Assembly (NCBI GenBank): GCA_030917985.1
Contig: JAUPTR010000156.1
Location: forward strand, 1-32,250
Length of the DNA: 32,250 nt
Direction: 5' to 3'
Source: Pseudomonadota bacterium
GTDB taxonomy: Bacteria; Pseudomonadota; Gammaproteobacteria; Burkholderiales; SCOH01
Shown here one piece after another: positions 18,531-27,020 of this stretch (its first letter is position 1; every line of letters begins with the position of its first letter). Made by a program: the position numbers and the translations under genes. Below the pieces are notes generated by a model. It saw only the letters and a list, made by a program, of their open reading frames with translations. It was not told the DNA's origin and did not search any database.

Positions 18531-19079
18531 TTGATACGCGGCATGCCTGCAAGCCAATCCCCATGCGCCCTGCAGCCATGCCTGCAAGCCAATACCGGCG
18601 CGGCTTGCAGGCCGGCATGGAAGAACTGGACACGATGGCTGTTTCTCGCGCTGCTGTGCGCGCCAATCTTTGCCGCCGAGCTACCGGATGAAACCGGCAA
18701 AAAGGCGGAAATCCAGCTCACCCTGCTCAACGGCGACCGCTTTGATCTGCAACAGCAGCGTGGCCATCCGGTGCTGGTGATGATCTGGGCCAGCTGGTGC
18801 CCGATCTGCCTCGGCGAACTGCCGCAACTGCAACAGTATTATCAGCGCCAGCAAGCCAACGGGCTGCGCCTGATCGGCCTGAGCCTCGACGACAATGACA
18901 CGGTGATCCGCGAGGCAGCGCAAAAGGCCGGCATCAGCTTTCCGATTGCGCGACGCAATGCCCCCGGCAACTACGACAATCTCGACAAAACCCAGGTGAC
19001 GCCGCTGTTTTACCTGATAGGCAGCGATGGCAAGGTGCGCTGGCGGCGCATTGGTGCGGTCAGCAACAGGCTACCCTGA
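18531..19079 (+). CDS. TlpA/ResA-like periplasmic thiol:disulfide oxidoreductase (thioredoxin fold); start codon uncertain
   Basis: VLVMIWASWCPICLGELPQL (CxxC) and a redoxin-like body, with signal-like WLFLALLCAPIFA|AE. The only in-frame ATGs upstream of the signal peptide (18531, 18543) place a REP element inside the N-terminus. Confidence 0.75.
   Translation: MIRGMPASQSPCALQPCLQANTGAACRPAWKNWTRWLFLALLCAPIFAAELPDETGKKAEIQLTLLNGDRFDLQQQRGHPVLVMIWASWCPICLGELPQLQQYYQRQQANGLRLIGLSLDDNDTVIREAAQKAGISFPIARRNAPGNYDNLDKTQVTPLFYLIGSDGKVRWRRIGAVSNRLP
18545..18613. repeat. REP-like element, family B (half copy plus full hairpin GCCTGCAAGCC-N11-GGCTTGCAGGC)
   Basis: Perfect 11-bp stem at 18580-18590 / 18602-18612. 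GCCTGCAAGCCAAT is also present at 18545-18558. The 43-nt unit CTGCAGCCATGCCTGCAAGCCAATACCGGyGCGGCyTGCAGGCC recurs at 19111-19154. Confidence 0.7.
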
Positions 19080-19110
19080 CCACTGGCCGCCAAGCCGCTC
19101 CGGGGTTGGG

Positions 19111-19154
19111 CTGCAGCCATGCCTGCAAGCCAATACCGGTGCGGCCTGCAGGCC
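19111..19154. repeat. REP-like element, family B, second copy
   Basis: Differs at only two positions from the 18571-18613 unit by my alignment. Lies in the gap between convergent genes (TlpA-like stop 19079, TonB-like stop 19164), the classic REP location. Confidence 0.7.
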
Positions 19155-19163
19155 TGTGCCTGA

Positions 19164-20036
19164 TCAATGACAACGACTACCCGGCTCCATCGGCGTGAAC
19201 AAACCACCACTATCGCCCGAGCCGGGCTTGATGCAGATTTCCAGAACCATCGAATCGGTGGCGCGCAGCATGGCGGGCGGGAAGGGTGAAAACGGCGCGG
19301 CAGATTCGAACAGCTTGTTGACGTAGGCGATTTCGGCCTGCTGGTCGGCAGCCCACAACACCCGGAAACTTTTCACCGTGCCATCGGCGTTGAGCACAAT
19401 GCGCACCGCGGCGGCATTGCGGCCGGCCTCCTTGTGGCTGCGTTTGACGAAGCGGGCAGTCTGGTTGAGCTTGCGATACAGCGCGTCAAAATACATTTCC
19501 AGCGTAAACGGCTCGACTTGCGACAGGCGCGCATTCTGCTGCGCCAGTTCGCGTTTTTCCTGCGGGCTGACGGTTTCGGCCGGTGGCAGGCTGCGCGCCG
19601 CAGCCAGTGCAGACTGGGCCAGTTGCTGGGCGGTTTGCGGCCGTGCCGGGGCAGGATTGAGGAAATCGTCGATTTCTTCTTTTTCGGCGCGGGTCCAGCT
19701 ACGTTTTTCTTCCACTGGCGGTGGCACGGCCAGCGGCAATTTGACACTGCTTTCGCCTTTTGCAAGCAAGGGCACAAGCGGCCGGGGCGGTTTGACGGGG
19801 CTGGGCGGACGGGGCGTTTTCGGCTTTGGCAAATCACGCTTGCGGCTGTTGAGCCGGCTGGGCGGCGGCAGCGCTTGCGGCTTGGCCACGGTCACGGTCA
19901 ACGGCCCGCCGGGCTTGGGCTGCGCCACCGTTTGCGGCATGGACACATGCAGCAGCAAAACGCCCAGATGCAGCAGCAGCGCGGTGGTCAAGGCAACGCC
20001 GAAGCGTTTTTCCTCCGGGCTGATGATGATCTGCAT
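19164..20036 (-). CDS. TonB-family (TonB C-terminal domain-like) membrane protein
   Basis: N-terminal anchor FGVALTTALLLHLGVLLLHV and Pro-rich spacer KPKTPRPPSPVKPPRPLVP. C-terminal GRNAAAVRIVLNADGTVKSFRVLWAADQQAEIAYVNKLFESAAPFSPFP fits the TonB_C pattern. No exbB/exbD genes are adjacent. Confidence 0.6.
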   Translation of the reverse strand: MQIIISPEEKRFGVALTTALLLHLGVLLLHVSMPQTVAQPKPGGPLTVTVAKPQALPPPSRLNSRKRDLPKPKTPRPPSPVKPPRPLVPLLAKGESSVKLPLAVPPPVEEKRSWTRAEKEEIDDFLNPAPARPQTAQQLAQSALAAARSLPPAETVSPQEKRELAQQNARLSQVEPFTLEMYFDALYRKLNQTARFVKRSHKEAGRNAAAVRIVLNADGTVKSFRVLWAADQQAEIAYVNKLFESAAPFSPFPPAMLRATDSMVLEICIKPGSGDSGGLFTPMEPGSRCH

Positions 20037-20175
20037 GTAAAACCTGAATGTCGGTGAGTTGATTGCGAACCCGGCAGTTTACACGATCCCGCTACCAGAC
20101 AGCCGCCAACACGCGGTGTTATCCGGGCGGGCTGCTAAGATGAAACCATGGCTACATCTATCGACAGGAGATTCC

Positions 20176-20520
20176 ATGGCAAGCCACGCTACACTGCACA
20201 TCCAGTTTCCCGCTGATCCACAACTCAAAGCCAGCGTCACCTCGCTGTTCAAGACACTCGAACGCGATTTCAGCGAAATCCATCTGCGTGAACATGCGGC
20301 AGAGCTGGGTGCGGAGGCGCTAGCAGAGGTTGAACGCCTGCTGGGCGTGTTTCCGCTGGAGTATTTCAGGGTGGACGATTACGTCAAACAGAACGGCGAA
20401 CTGCGCGTGACATTCAATATCCCGCACAAGCCGAATGATTTTCTGCCCGCATGGGCTGCCCTGCTGAAACGGGCCGGCGTAGATGCCCGAGGCGGCGGCA
20501 TGGATATCGATCCGGATTAA
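20176..20520 (+). CDS. Hypothetical 114-aa protein, 2 nt upstream of the FapA/DUF342 gene
   Basis: AGGAG at 20166-20170, 5 nt before the ATG at 20176 (the ORF track starts earlier, at 20059). Stop is at 20518-20520 and the next ATG at 20523. No recognisable motif, no TM segment, acidic C-terminus. Confidence 0.55.
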   Translation: MASHATLHIQFPADPQLKASVTSLFKTLERDFSEIHLREHAAELGAEALAEVERLLGVFPLEYFRVDDYVKQNGELRVTFNIPHKPNDFLPAWAALLKRAGVDARGGGMDIDPD

Positions 20521-20522
20521 AC

Positions 20523-22151
20523 ATGGATGACGGTGAGCAGCGCCTGCCCAAGCTGACGCTTGAGGCTCAGGAACATCGCCTGAGCGCGACATTTACGCCT
20601 GGCGCGGGCGTGGTGCCGCCAACGCAGGAGCAAGTGCAGCAACTGCTGCAACAGCAGGGCTATGGTAACTGGCATGTCGAGCAAAAGGCACTGCAGGCGT
20701 TTATCAACAGTTGCCGCCAGGCCACACACGCCATCAGCGCTGATATCGGCGAACAGCGCGATGCCGAGTTCATTTTCAATATTTCATCCGACAAGCTCAG
20801 CCTGTATCTGACCTTGCTGCCGGCCGAAGGTGGCGAGCCGATTGGCGACAAGGTGGAACAGGCGCTGATGCAGCAAGGCATTCTGCACGGCATTCTGCGC
20901 GACGAGCTGGATGCCGCGCTCGCCAAGGGCCAGTGCGAAAACGTGCTGATTGCCCAGGGCGACCCGGTTCAGCCGTCGCGCGAAGCCAGTTTCGTCAGCC
21001 TGCTCGACAATATCCGCAATCGCAAACGCCACTCCGATGCCGACAAGGTGGTGGATTTCCGCGATCTGGGCAATCTGCTGATCGTGCAGCCGGGCGATGC
21101 GCTGATGCGGCGGATTCCGGCACAGCCCGGCAAAAACGGCATTGATATCTTTGGCCAGAGCATTCTCGCCGAAGCGGTGCAGGACACGCCCTTCCCCGCC
21201 AGTATCAAAGGCGCGCAGCCCGCCGACGACGACCCCGATCTGCTGCTGGCAAGCAGCCCCGGCCAGCCGGTGCAGCACGATAATTGCGTGGTGGTGAATC
21301 CGGTGATCGAAGTCGCCAATGTCGATCTCGACAGCGGCAACATCACTTTTGAAGGCACGGTGCGGGTGCTGGGCGATGTGAAAGCCGGCATGCACCTGAT
21401 TGTGACCGGTGACGTGCTGGTGGAAGGCACGGTGGAATCCGCCGAAGTGGTGGCCGGTGGTGATGTGTCGGTGAGAGGCGGCGTGATTGGCCATGCGGAA
21501 GTTGTCGCCGGCTCGCTGGAGCGCCCGGATGCTGCCAGTCGTATCCGCTGCGGTGGCTCGCTGCAGGCGCTGTTTCTGGAAAACACCCATGTCGAGGCGA
21601 GCAAATCGATTCTGGTGGAAAACAGCGTGCGCCAGTGTGACCTGACCGCAGGCCACACCATCCAGGTCGGCAAGGCAGGCAACAAGCTGGGGCACATCAT
21701 CGGCGGCCGCTGCCGCGCCACTCACACCATTCACGCCGGCAGCATCGGCACCAGCGCGGGCACGGCCACCAGAATCCTGGTTGGATTTGACCCTTATCTG
21801 CACAGCGCACTGCTGGCGAAAGAGAAAACCATCAAGGCGAAACAGGCTGAATTACATCAGCTGGAGCAACTGCTGACCTTTCTGGCGCAAAACCCGCATA
21901 AGGATAAGGGTGGCATCGGTTCCAAGGCCGAACACACACGTGAAAAGCTGCTGCAGGACCTGGCCGATACGCAACAGGCACAGCAAAACCTGGCGGAACG
22001 CCTGAATCTGGCCAGCCACGCGCGGGTGATCAGAGAATTAGCCATCTACAGCGGCGCAGAGATCCATATCGGCAACACCGTGTGTCATGTGCGAGAAGAT
22101 GCCGGCGCGATGACACTGATGCTGGCCGACGACAAGATCGTGCTGGAATAA
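20523..22151 (+). CDS. FapA-family (DUF342) protein
   Basis: 542 aa from MDDGEQRL.... N-terminal FapA_N-like region (LSATFTP...PTQEQVQQLLQQQGYGNW.V...ALQAFI). Central beta-helix repeats GNITFEGTVRVLGDVKAGMHLIVTGDVLVEGTVESAEVVAGGDVSVRGGVIG. C-terminal coiled coil. Confidence 0.85.
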   Translation: MDDGEQRLPKLTLEAQEHRLSATFTPGAGVVPPTQEQVQQLLQQQGYGNWHVEQKALQAFINSCRQATHAISADIGEQRDAEFIFNISSDKLSLYLTLLPAEGGEPIGDKVEQALMQQGILHGILRDELDAALAKGQCENVLIAQGDPVQPSREASFVSLLDNIRNRKRHSDADKVVDFRDLGNLLIVQPGDALMRRIPAQPGKNGIDIFGQSILAEAVQDTPFPASIKGAQPADDDPDLLLASSPGQPVQHDNCVVVNPVIEVANVDLDSGNITFEGTVRVLGDVKAGMHLIVTGDVLVEGTVESAEVVAGGDVSVRGGVIGHAEVVAGSLERPDAASRIRCGGSLQALFLENTHVEASKSILVENSVRQCDLTAGHTIQVGKAGNKLGHIIGGRCRATHTIHAGSIGTSAGTATRILVGFDPYLHSALLAKEKTIKAKQAELHQLEQLLTFLAQNPHKDKGGIGSKAEHTREKLLQDLADTQQAQQNLAERLNLASHARVIRELAIYSGAEIHIGNTVCHVREDAGAMTLMLADDKIVLE

Positions 22152-22256
22152 TCCGGCAGCGACACAAACCGGCACAACGCAGCACGCTGCGGCAATTGAA
22201 ATAGCGCTGCAGACGCAGTAATCTCGGCGCTTCCCTTTGCCTGCAGCCCTTTCCCC

Positions 22257-23456
22257 ATGAGCACTCCCAGCAAACCCCTAGCCGGCGTCAAGGTCATCGA
22301 ACTCGGCACCCTCATCGCCGGCCCGTTCGCCGCACGTATCCTGGCCGAATTCGGCGCCGAGGTGATCAAGATCGAATCACCCGACGGCGGTGACCCGTTG
22401 CGCAAATGGCGCAAGCTGTATGAAGGCACCAGCCTGTGGTGGCTGGTGCAGGCGCGCAACAAACAATCGCTGACACTGAATCTGAAACATGAGGCGGGTA
22501 AACAGATTCTGCGCGAGCTGGCGGCGGAAGCCGATATCGTCATCGAAAACTTTCGCCCCGGCGTGATGGAAAAACTCGGCCTCGGCTGGGAGCAGCTATC
22601 GGCACTCAACCCCGGATTGGTGATGCTGCGCCTCTCCGGCTTTGGCCAGACCGGCCCCTACAAGGATCAACCGGGCTTTGGCGCGGTCGGTGAATCGATG
22701 GGTGGCTTGCGTTATGTCACCGGTTTTGCCGACAGGCCCCCGGTGCGCACCGGCATTTCCATTGGCGATTCGATTGCCGCCCTGTGGGGCGTGATCGGCG
22801 CGCAGATGGCCTTGCGTCATCGCGAGGTCAACGGCGGCAAGGGTCAGGTAGTCGATGTCGCCTTGTACGAAGCGGTGTTTGCGATGATGGAAAGCCTGGT
22901 GCCGGAATTCGACGTGTTCGGCTTCGTGCGCGAACGCACCGGCAACATCATGCCCGGCATCACACCATCCAGCATCCACAGCAGCAGCGATGGCAAACAT
23001 ATCCAGATCGGCGCCAATGGCGATGCGATTTTCAAGCGTTTCATGGCCGCGATTGGCCGCAGCGACCTGGCCAACGATGCCAGCCTTGCCGACAACGCCG
23101 GTCGCGATGCGCGGCGTAATGAAATCTACGCATTGATCGACCAATGGGTAAGCCAGCACACTGAAGCAGAAGTGCTGGCGACGCTGGAACAGGCAGAAGT
23201 ACCGGCATCGCGCATTTACTCGATTGAAGACATGTTCCGCGATCCGCAGTTTCTGGCGCGTGGCATGCTGCAGCAAGCCAGGCTGCCGGACGGCAAACCG
23301 TTCCATATTCCCGGCATTGTGCCGAAACTGACCGAAACGCCGGGTAGTACCGAATGGCTGGGGCCGGCGCTGGGCGAGCATAATGCGGCAATCCTGCAAC
23401 AGCTGGGCTACAGCGCGGCGCAAATTGATGCGCTGCGGTCAGCCGGCACAATCTGA
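22257..23456 (+). CDS. Family III CoA transferase (CaiB/BaiF family)
   Basis: 399 aa. LAGVKVIELGTLIAGPFAARILAEFGAEVIKIE, LNLK...GK.IL..L...ADIVIENFRPGVMEKLGLG, conserved GFG..GPY and the catalytic Asp region (IGDSIAA). Confidence 0.88.
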   Translation: MSTPSKPLAGVKVIELGTLIAGPFAARILAEFGAEVIKIESPDGGDPLRKWRKLYEGTSLWWLVQARNKQSLTLNLKHEAGKQILRELAAEADIVIENFRPGVMEKLGLGWEQLSALNPGLVMLRLSGFGQTGPYKDQPGFGAVGESMGGLRYVTGFADRPPVRTGISIGDSIAALWGVIGAQMALRHREVNGGKGQVVDVALYEAVFAMMESLVPEFDVFGFVRERTGNIMPGITPSSIHSSSDGKHIQIGANGDAIFKRFMAAIGRSDLANDASLADNAGRDARRNEIYALIDQWVSQHTEAEVLATLEQAEVPASRIYSIEDMFRDPQFLARGMLQQARLPDGKPFHIPGIVPKLTETPGSTEWLGPALGEHNAAILQQLGYSAAQIDALRSAGTI

Positions 23457-23469
23457 ACCTGAGGACACG

Positions 23470-24177
23470 ATGATGCGACCGATTGCCATTTTCCGCTTTG
23501 CCAACATCGAAGGTGCCGGCTATCTCGGTGAATTTCTCGAAGGCCACAATCTGCCATGGCAACTGATCGCCATCGACCAGGGCGAAACGGTGCCGACCGA
23601 CCCGCAGGCCTATTCCGGACTGGTATTCATGGGTGGGCCGATGAGCGTCAACGACGATTTGCCGTGGTTGCCACCGCTGTTCGCGCTGATTCGCAAGGCG
23701 CATGCGGCCGATATTCCGCTGCTGGGCCACTGCCTGGGCGGACAATTGATTGCCAAAGCACTGGGCGGGGTGGTGTCGCGCAACCCGGCGAAGGAAATCG
23801 GCTGGCTGCCGCTGGAAATTAGCAACGTCCCCGAGGCGCAACACTGGTTTGGCGAAATCAAGCACTTTCTCGGTTTTCACTGGCATGGCGAAACCTTCTC
23901 ATTGCCGCCGGGCGCGGTGCGGCTGGCCAGCAGCGCCGACTGTGCCAATCAGGCCTATGCGCTGGGCAAACATCTGGGCATGCAGTGCCATGTGGAAATG
24001 ACCGCAGACATGATTCTGGACTGGTGCGAAAGCGGTGCTGGCGAAATTGCCGCCAACCCGATTCCAACGGTGCAACAGCCGCAACAGATGCAGATCGACA
24101 TGCAGCAAAGGCTCGAAGCACTACACGCCGTGGCCGGGCGGCTTTATACTCAGTGGCTTAAAGGGCTGGCACACTGA
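23470..24177 (+). CDS. Class I glutamine amidotransferase-like protein (GuaA N-domain type)
   Basis: GAGGA RBS at 23461-23465 with the ATG at 23470. Nucleophile elbow LLGHCLGGQLIA; His/Glu pair in MQCHVEM. Confidence 0.85.
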   Translation: MMRPIAIFRFANIEGAGYLGEFLEGHNLPWQLIAIDQGETVPTDPQAYSGLVFMGGPMSVNDDLPWLPPLFALIRKAHAADIPLLGHCLGGQLIAKALGGVVSRNPAKEIGWLPLEISNVPEAQHWFGEIKHFLGFHWHGETFSLPPGAVRLASSADCANQAYALGKHLGMQCHVEMTADMILDWCESGAGEIAANPIPTVQQPQQMQIDMQQRLEALHAVAGRLYTQWLKGLAH

Positions 24178-24217
24178 CGCCCGGCTTCACATCAACACCC
24201 GCATTAAGGAAAAACAG

Positions 24218-24697
24218 ATGACATTCCAGACTCCCGACCTGTGCGACGAAAACGAAGGCAAGGTTAAGGTAGCCACCCCGATGTTCCAGGCTTATGGCGG
24301 CAAAGCCCGCTTCCATGGCCAGATTCAGACCGTTAAAGTATTCGAGGACAACGTTTTTGTACGCGATATGTTGTCCGAGCCGGGCACGGGCAAAGTGCTG
24401 GTGGTCGATGGCGGCGGCAGCCTGCGTTGTGCGCTGGTGGGCGATCTGATCGCAGCCATGGCTCAGAAAAACGGCTGGGAAGGCATCATTGTTTACGGCT
24501 GCATCCGCGATTCGGGCGTGATCAACGGCATCGACATCGGCGTGCGTGCACTGAACACCAACCCGCTGAAGAGCATCAAGCAGGGCGCGGGCTACAAGAA
24601 CGTGGCCGTGACATTTGCCGGTGTTACCTTTGAGCCGGGTCAATTCGTCTACGTTGACGAAGATGGCATAATCGTTTCTGAAACAGCCCTGCTGTAA
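24218..24697 (+). CDS. rraA: RraA-family protein (RNase E regulator / 4-hydroxy-4-methyl-2-oxoglutarate aldolase family)
   Basis: AAGGA RBS. MTFQTPDLCDE...VKVFEDN..VR..L.EPG.GKVLVVDGGGSLRCALVGDLIAAMAQKNGWEGIIVYGCIRD is the canonical RraA sequence pattern. Confidence 0.9.
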   Translation: MTFQTPDLCDENEGKVKVATPMFQAYGGKARFHGQIQTVKVFEDNVFVRDMLSEPGTGKVLVVDGGGSLRCALVGDLIAAMAQKNGWEGIIVYGCIRDSGVINGIDIGVRALNTNPLKSIKQGAGYKNVAVTFAGVTFEPGQFVYVDEDGIIVSETALL

Positions 24698-24739
24698 TTC
24701 AGTACGCCACCACGCAGGGCGCCAGACAGGGAGACTGAC

Positions 24740-25720
24740 ATGAGCAAGCTGATTGATCGCTTCGGCAGACATATCGACTATCTGCGCCTGTCACTCACCG
24801 ACCGCTGCGACCTGCGCTGCAGCTATTGCATGCCGAAAGGCTTCCGCGATTTTGAAGAGCCGGAACACTGGCTGACTTTCGATGAACTGGAACGCCTGAT
24901 CGGCATTTTTGCCCGCATTGGCGTGGGTCGCGTGCGCATCACCGGCGGCGAACCGCTGTTGCGGCGCAACCTGCCCGAGCTTGCCGGGCGTTTGTCCGCC
25001 CTGCCCGGCCTGCGCGATCTCTCGCTTTCAACCAATGCCACCCAGCTGGATCGTCATGCCGACGCGCTGAAACAGGCGGGTATCAGCCGCATCAATGTCA
25101 GCCTCGATTCGCTGAAAGCCGAACGTTTTGCCAAGATCTGCGGCCGCGACAGCTATTCAAAAGTGATGTCTGGCCTGCTTGCAGCCAAAAGTGCAGGCTT
25201 CGCGCCTATCAAGATCAATATGGTGGCGATGAAAGGCGAAAACGACGACGAAATCGACAATATGGTCGAGTTTTGTCACGAACATGGCTTTATTCTGCGC
25301 CTGATCGAAGCCATGCCGATGGGTGACACCGGCCGCAACACCCAGTATCTGGATCTGCAACCGATTGCCGACCGCCTGAAACACAAATACGGCCTGATCG
25401 AACACAGCACGCCACTGGGTGCGGGGCCGGCGCGTTATCTGGGTTCGGCTGACGGCCAGTTCAATGTCGGTTTCATCACGCCGATTTCGCAGCACTTCTG
25501 CGCCACCTGCAACCGCGTGCGGTTGTCGGTGGATGGCACTTTGTACATGTGTCTGGGTCAGGAAGAACGCTACGAATTCCGCCCGCTGCTGCGCGGAGGT
25601 GCCAGAGATGCCGAAATCGAAGCCGCGATCCGCGACGCAATTGAACTGAAACCGGAACGCCATGAATTCCGCGAGCAGCCGCTAAAGCTGGTGCGGTTCA
25701 TGTCGATGACCGGCGGTTAA
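24740..25720 (+). CDS. moaA: GTP 3',8-cyclase MoaA (radical SAM, molybdenum cofactor biosynthesis)
   Basis: YLRLSLTDRCDLRCSYCMP (CxxxCxxC), RITGGEPLLR, and the C-terminal second cluster CATCNRVRLSVDGTLYMCL. Confidence 0.93.
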   Translation: MSKLIDRFGRHIDYLRLSLTDRCDLRCSYCMPKGFRDFEEPEHWLTFDELERLIGIFARIGVGRVRITGGEPLLRRNLPELAGRLSALPGLRDLSLSTNATQLDRHADALKQAGISRINVSLDSLKAERFAKICGRDSYSKVMSGLLAAKSAGFAPIKINMVAMKGENDDEIDNMVEFCHEHGFILRLIEAMPMGDTGRNTQYLDLQPIADRLKHKYGLIEHSTPLGAGPARYLGSADGQFNVGFITPISQHFCATCNRVRLSVDGTLYMCLGQEERYEFRPLLRGGARDAEIEAAIRDAIELKPERHEFREQPLKLVRFMSMTGG

Positions 25721-25736
25721 AACACGCCTATCTCCG

Positions 25737-25760
25737 TGGGTCGGACTTCAGTCCGACTCA
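25737..25760. repeat. REP-type hairpin, family A (GTCGGACT-TC-AGTCCGAC core)
   Basis: Inverted repeat between convergent moaA and the GGDEF gene. The core is nearly identical to the hairpin at 257-278. Confidence 0.6.
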
Positions 25761-25806
25761 GCGTCAATCGCCATCGACGACGTTGAGCAGACGTCCGGGC
25801 AGCCAA

Positions 25807-26940
25807 TCACACCGCCACCATCAAACCCGCCGCCATCGTCCGGTTGCGGCCACTTTCTTTCGCCCGATACAAGGCGTCGTCAGCGCGCTGAAACATCCGG
25901 TCCGGATCTTCGTGGCGAATATATTCCGCCACGCCCAGCGACACGGTCACCCGCAGTTCGGTATCTACCGCGTAATAACGGCTGCGTTCAACCGCCAGGC
26001 GGATGCGCTCGGCGGTGATACGAGCTCCTGCCAACGGCGTTTGCGGCAGCAGGATGGCAAATTCTTCGCCACCATAACGGCACAATACATCGGTCTGGCG
26101 CAATTCGGCCTGGGCAATTTCCGCCACCCGTTTCAACACCAGATCGCCCGCCAGATGGCCGTAGTCGTCATTCACATTTCTGAAGAAATCGATATCCAGC
26201 ATACACAGCGACATCGCGCCGCCATGGCGGTCGGTGCGCATACTCTCCAGCCGTAATACGTCGCGCAGATGGCGGCGATTGAATACGCCAGTGAGTTCAT
26301 CGCGGATTGCCATATCGCGTATTGTCTGCAGCGCCACCTCCAGCTCCTGGTTACGCGCCTCCAGCTCGCTATTCTTGGTATTGAGCTTGCGCCGCAACTT
26401 GCCAATATAGCCGCCGAGAATACTGATCTGCAGCAGCGTCACGGCAAACGCCACCCCCATCAGCATTTCCACCCGCAACTCCACCTGCGTCGGCTGGTAA
26501 ACCGCCAGCAAGGCAATCATCGCCGCGTAGCCAGACAGCGCCAGCAAAGTCATCGCCATGAACTGCCGGGTACGAAACTGGAACAAGCCATAGAGATACG
26601 CCGACACCGCCAGCAATAAAAATGCCCCGCGCGCCGGCCCGGCATGAAACATCACGTAAAACACCGGCAAGATCGACGCCAGCAACTGCGCAAACGTCAG
26701 ACTTGGATCGGCAAAACGCAAATTGAAACCGGAACGGATTGCGATATAAAACGCCAGATTGATCGGAATCATCAAGGCGAGATACGCCACCACCACCGGC
26801 CAGGCAAAAAACCCCAGATGCCAGCACGACAAGGTCAACAGCAACGTAAAGCCATACGAGCCAAAGGCCAGGTACAAGCGTCGCAGGCGCAGCGCCTGCT
26901 GTGTGGCTAATTTGGTGTGAGGGGCGGATTCGATATTCAA
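25807..26940 (-). CDS. Membrane-anchored diguanylate cyclase (GGDEF) with RxxD inhibitory site
   Basis: Five to six TM segments, a coiled-coil linker, then the GGDEF domain (DIDFFRNVNDDYGHLAGD; RYGGEEFAILL). I-site RQTD lies 5 residues before GGEEF. Start set at the TTG (complement of 26938-26940), preceded by GGAGAA. The upstream ATGs at 27039/27066 run into a REP element. Confidence 0.85.
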   Translation of the reverse strand: MNIESAPHTKLATQQALRLRRLYLAFGSYGFTLLLTLSCWHLGFFAWPVVVAYLALMIPINLAFYIAIRSGFNLRFADPSLTFAQLLASILPVFYVMFHAGPARGAFLLLAVSAYLYGLFQFRTRQFMAMTLLALSGYAAMIALLAVYQPTQVELRVEMLMGVAFAVTLLQISILGGYIGKLRRKLNTKNSELEARNQELEVALQTIRDMAIRDELTGVFNRRHLRDVLRLESMRTDRHGGAMSLCMLDIDFFRNVNDDYGHLAGDLVLKRVAEIAQAELRQTDVLCRYGGEEFAILLPQTPLAGARITAERIRLAVERSRYYAVDTELRVTVSLGVAEYIRHEDPDRMFQRADDALYRAKESGRNRTMAAGLMVAV

Positions 26941-27020
26941 CGGGGTTCTCCGACGTATGCTTGAGTTATCGACCAATACCCTGGGAAATGCAGGTTGAGT
27001 TGCGACAACAGGCCATTGCG

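Noticed and set aside
18541-19154. Repeated ~43-bp units that might suggest a CRISPR array.
   Set aside because: There are only two full copies, ~500 bp apart, separated by a normal gene. The units are palindromic REP-type, and no cas genes or regular spacing are present.
24698-24739. Possible molybdenum-cofactor riboswitch upstream of moaA.
   Set aside because: Only 42 nt separate the rraA stop from the moaA start. That is far too short for a Moco riboswitch aptamer, and no conserved stems are visible.
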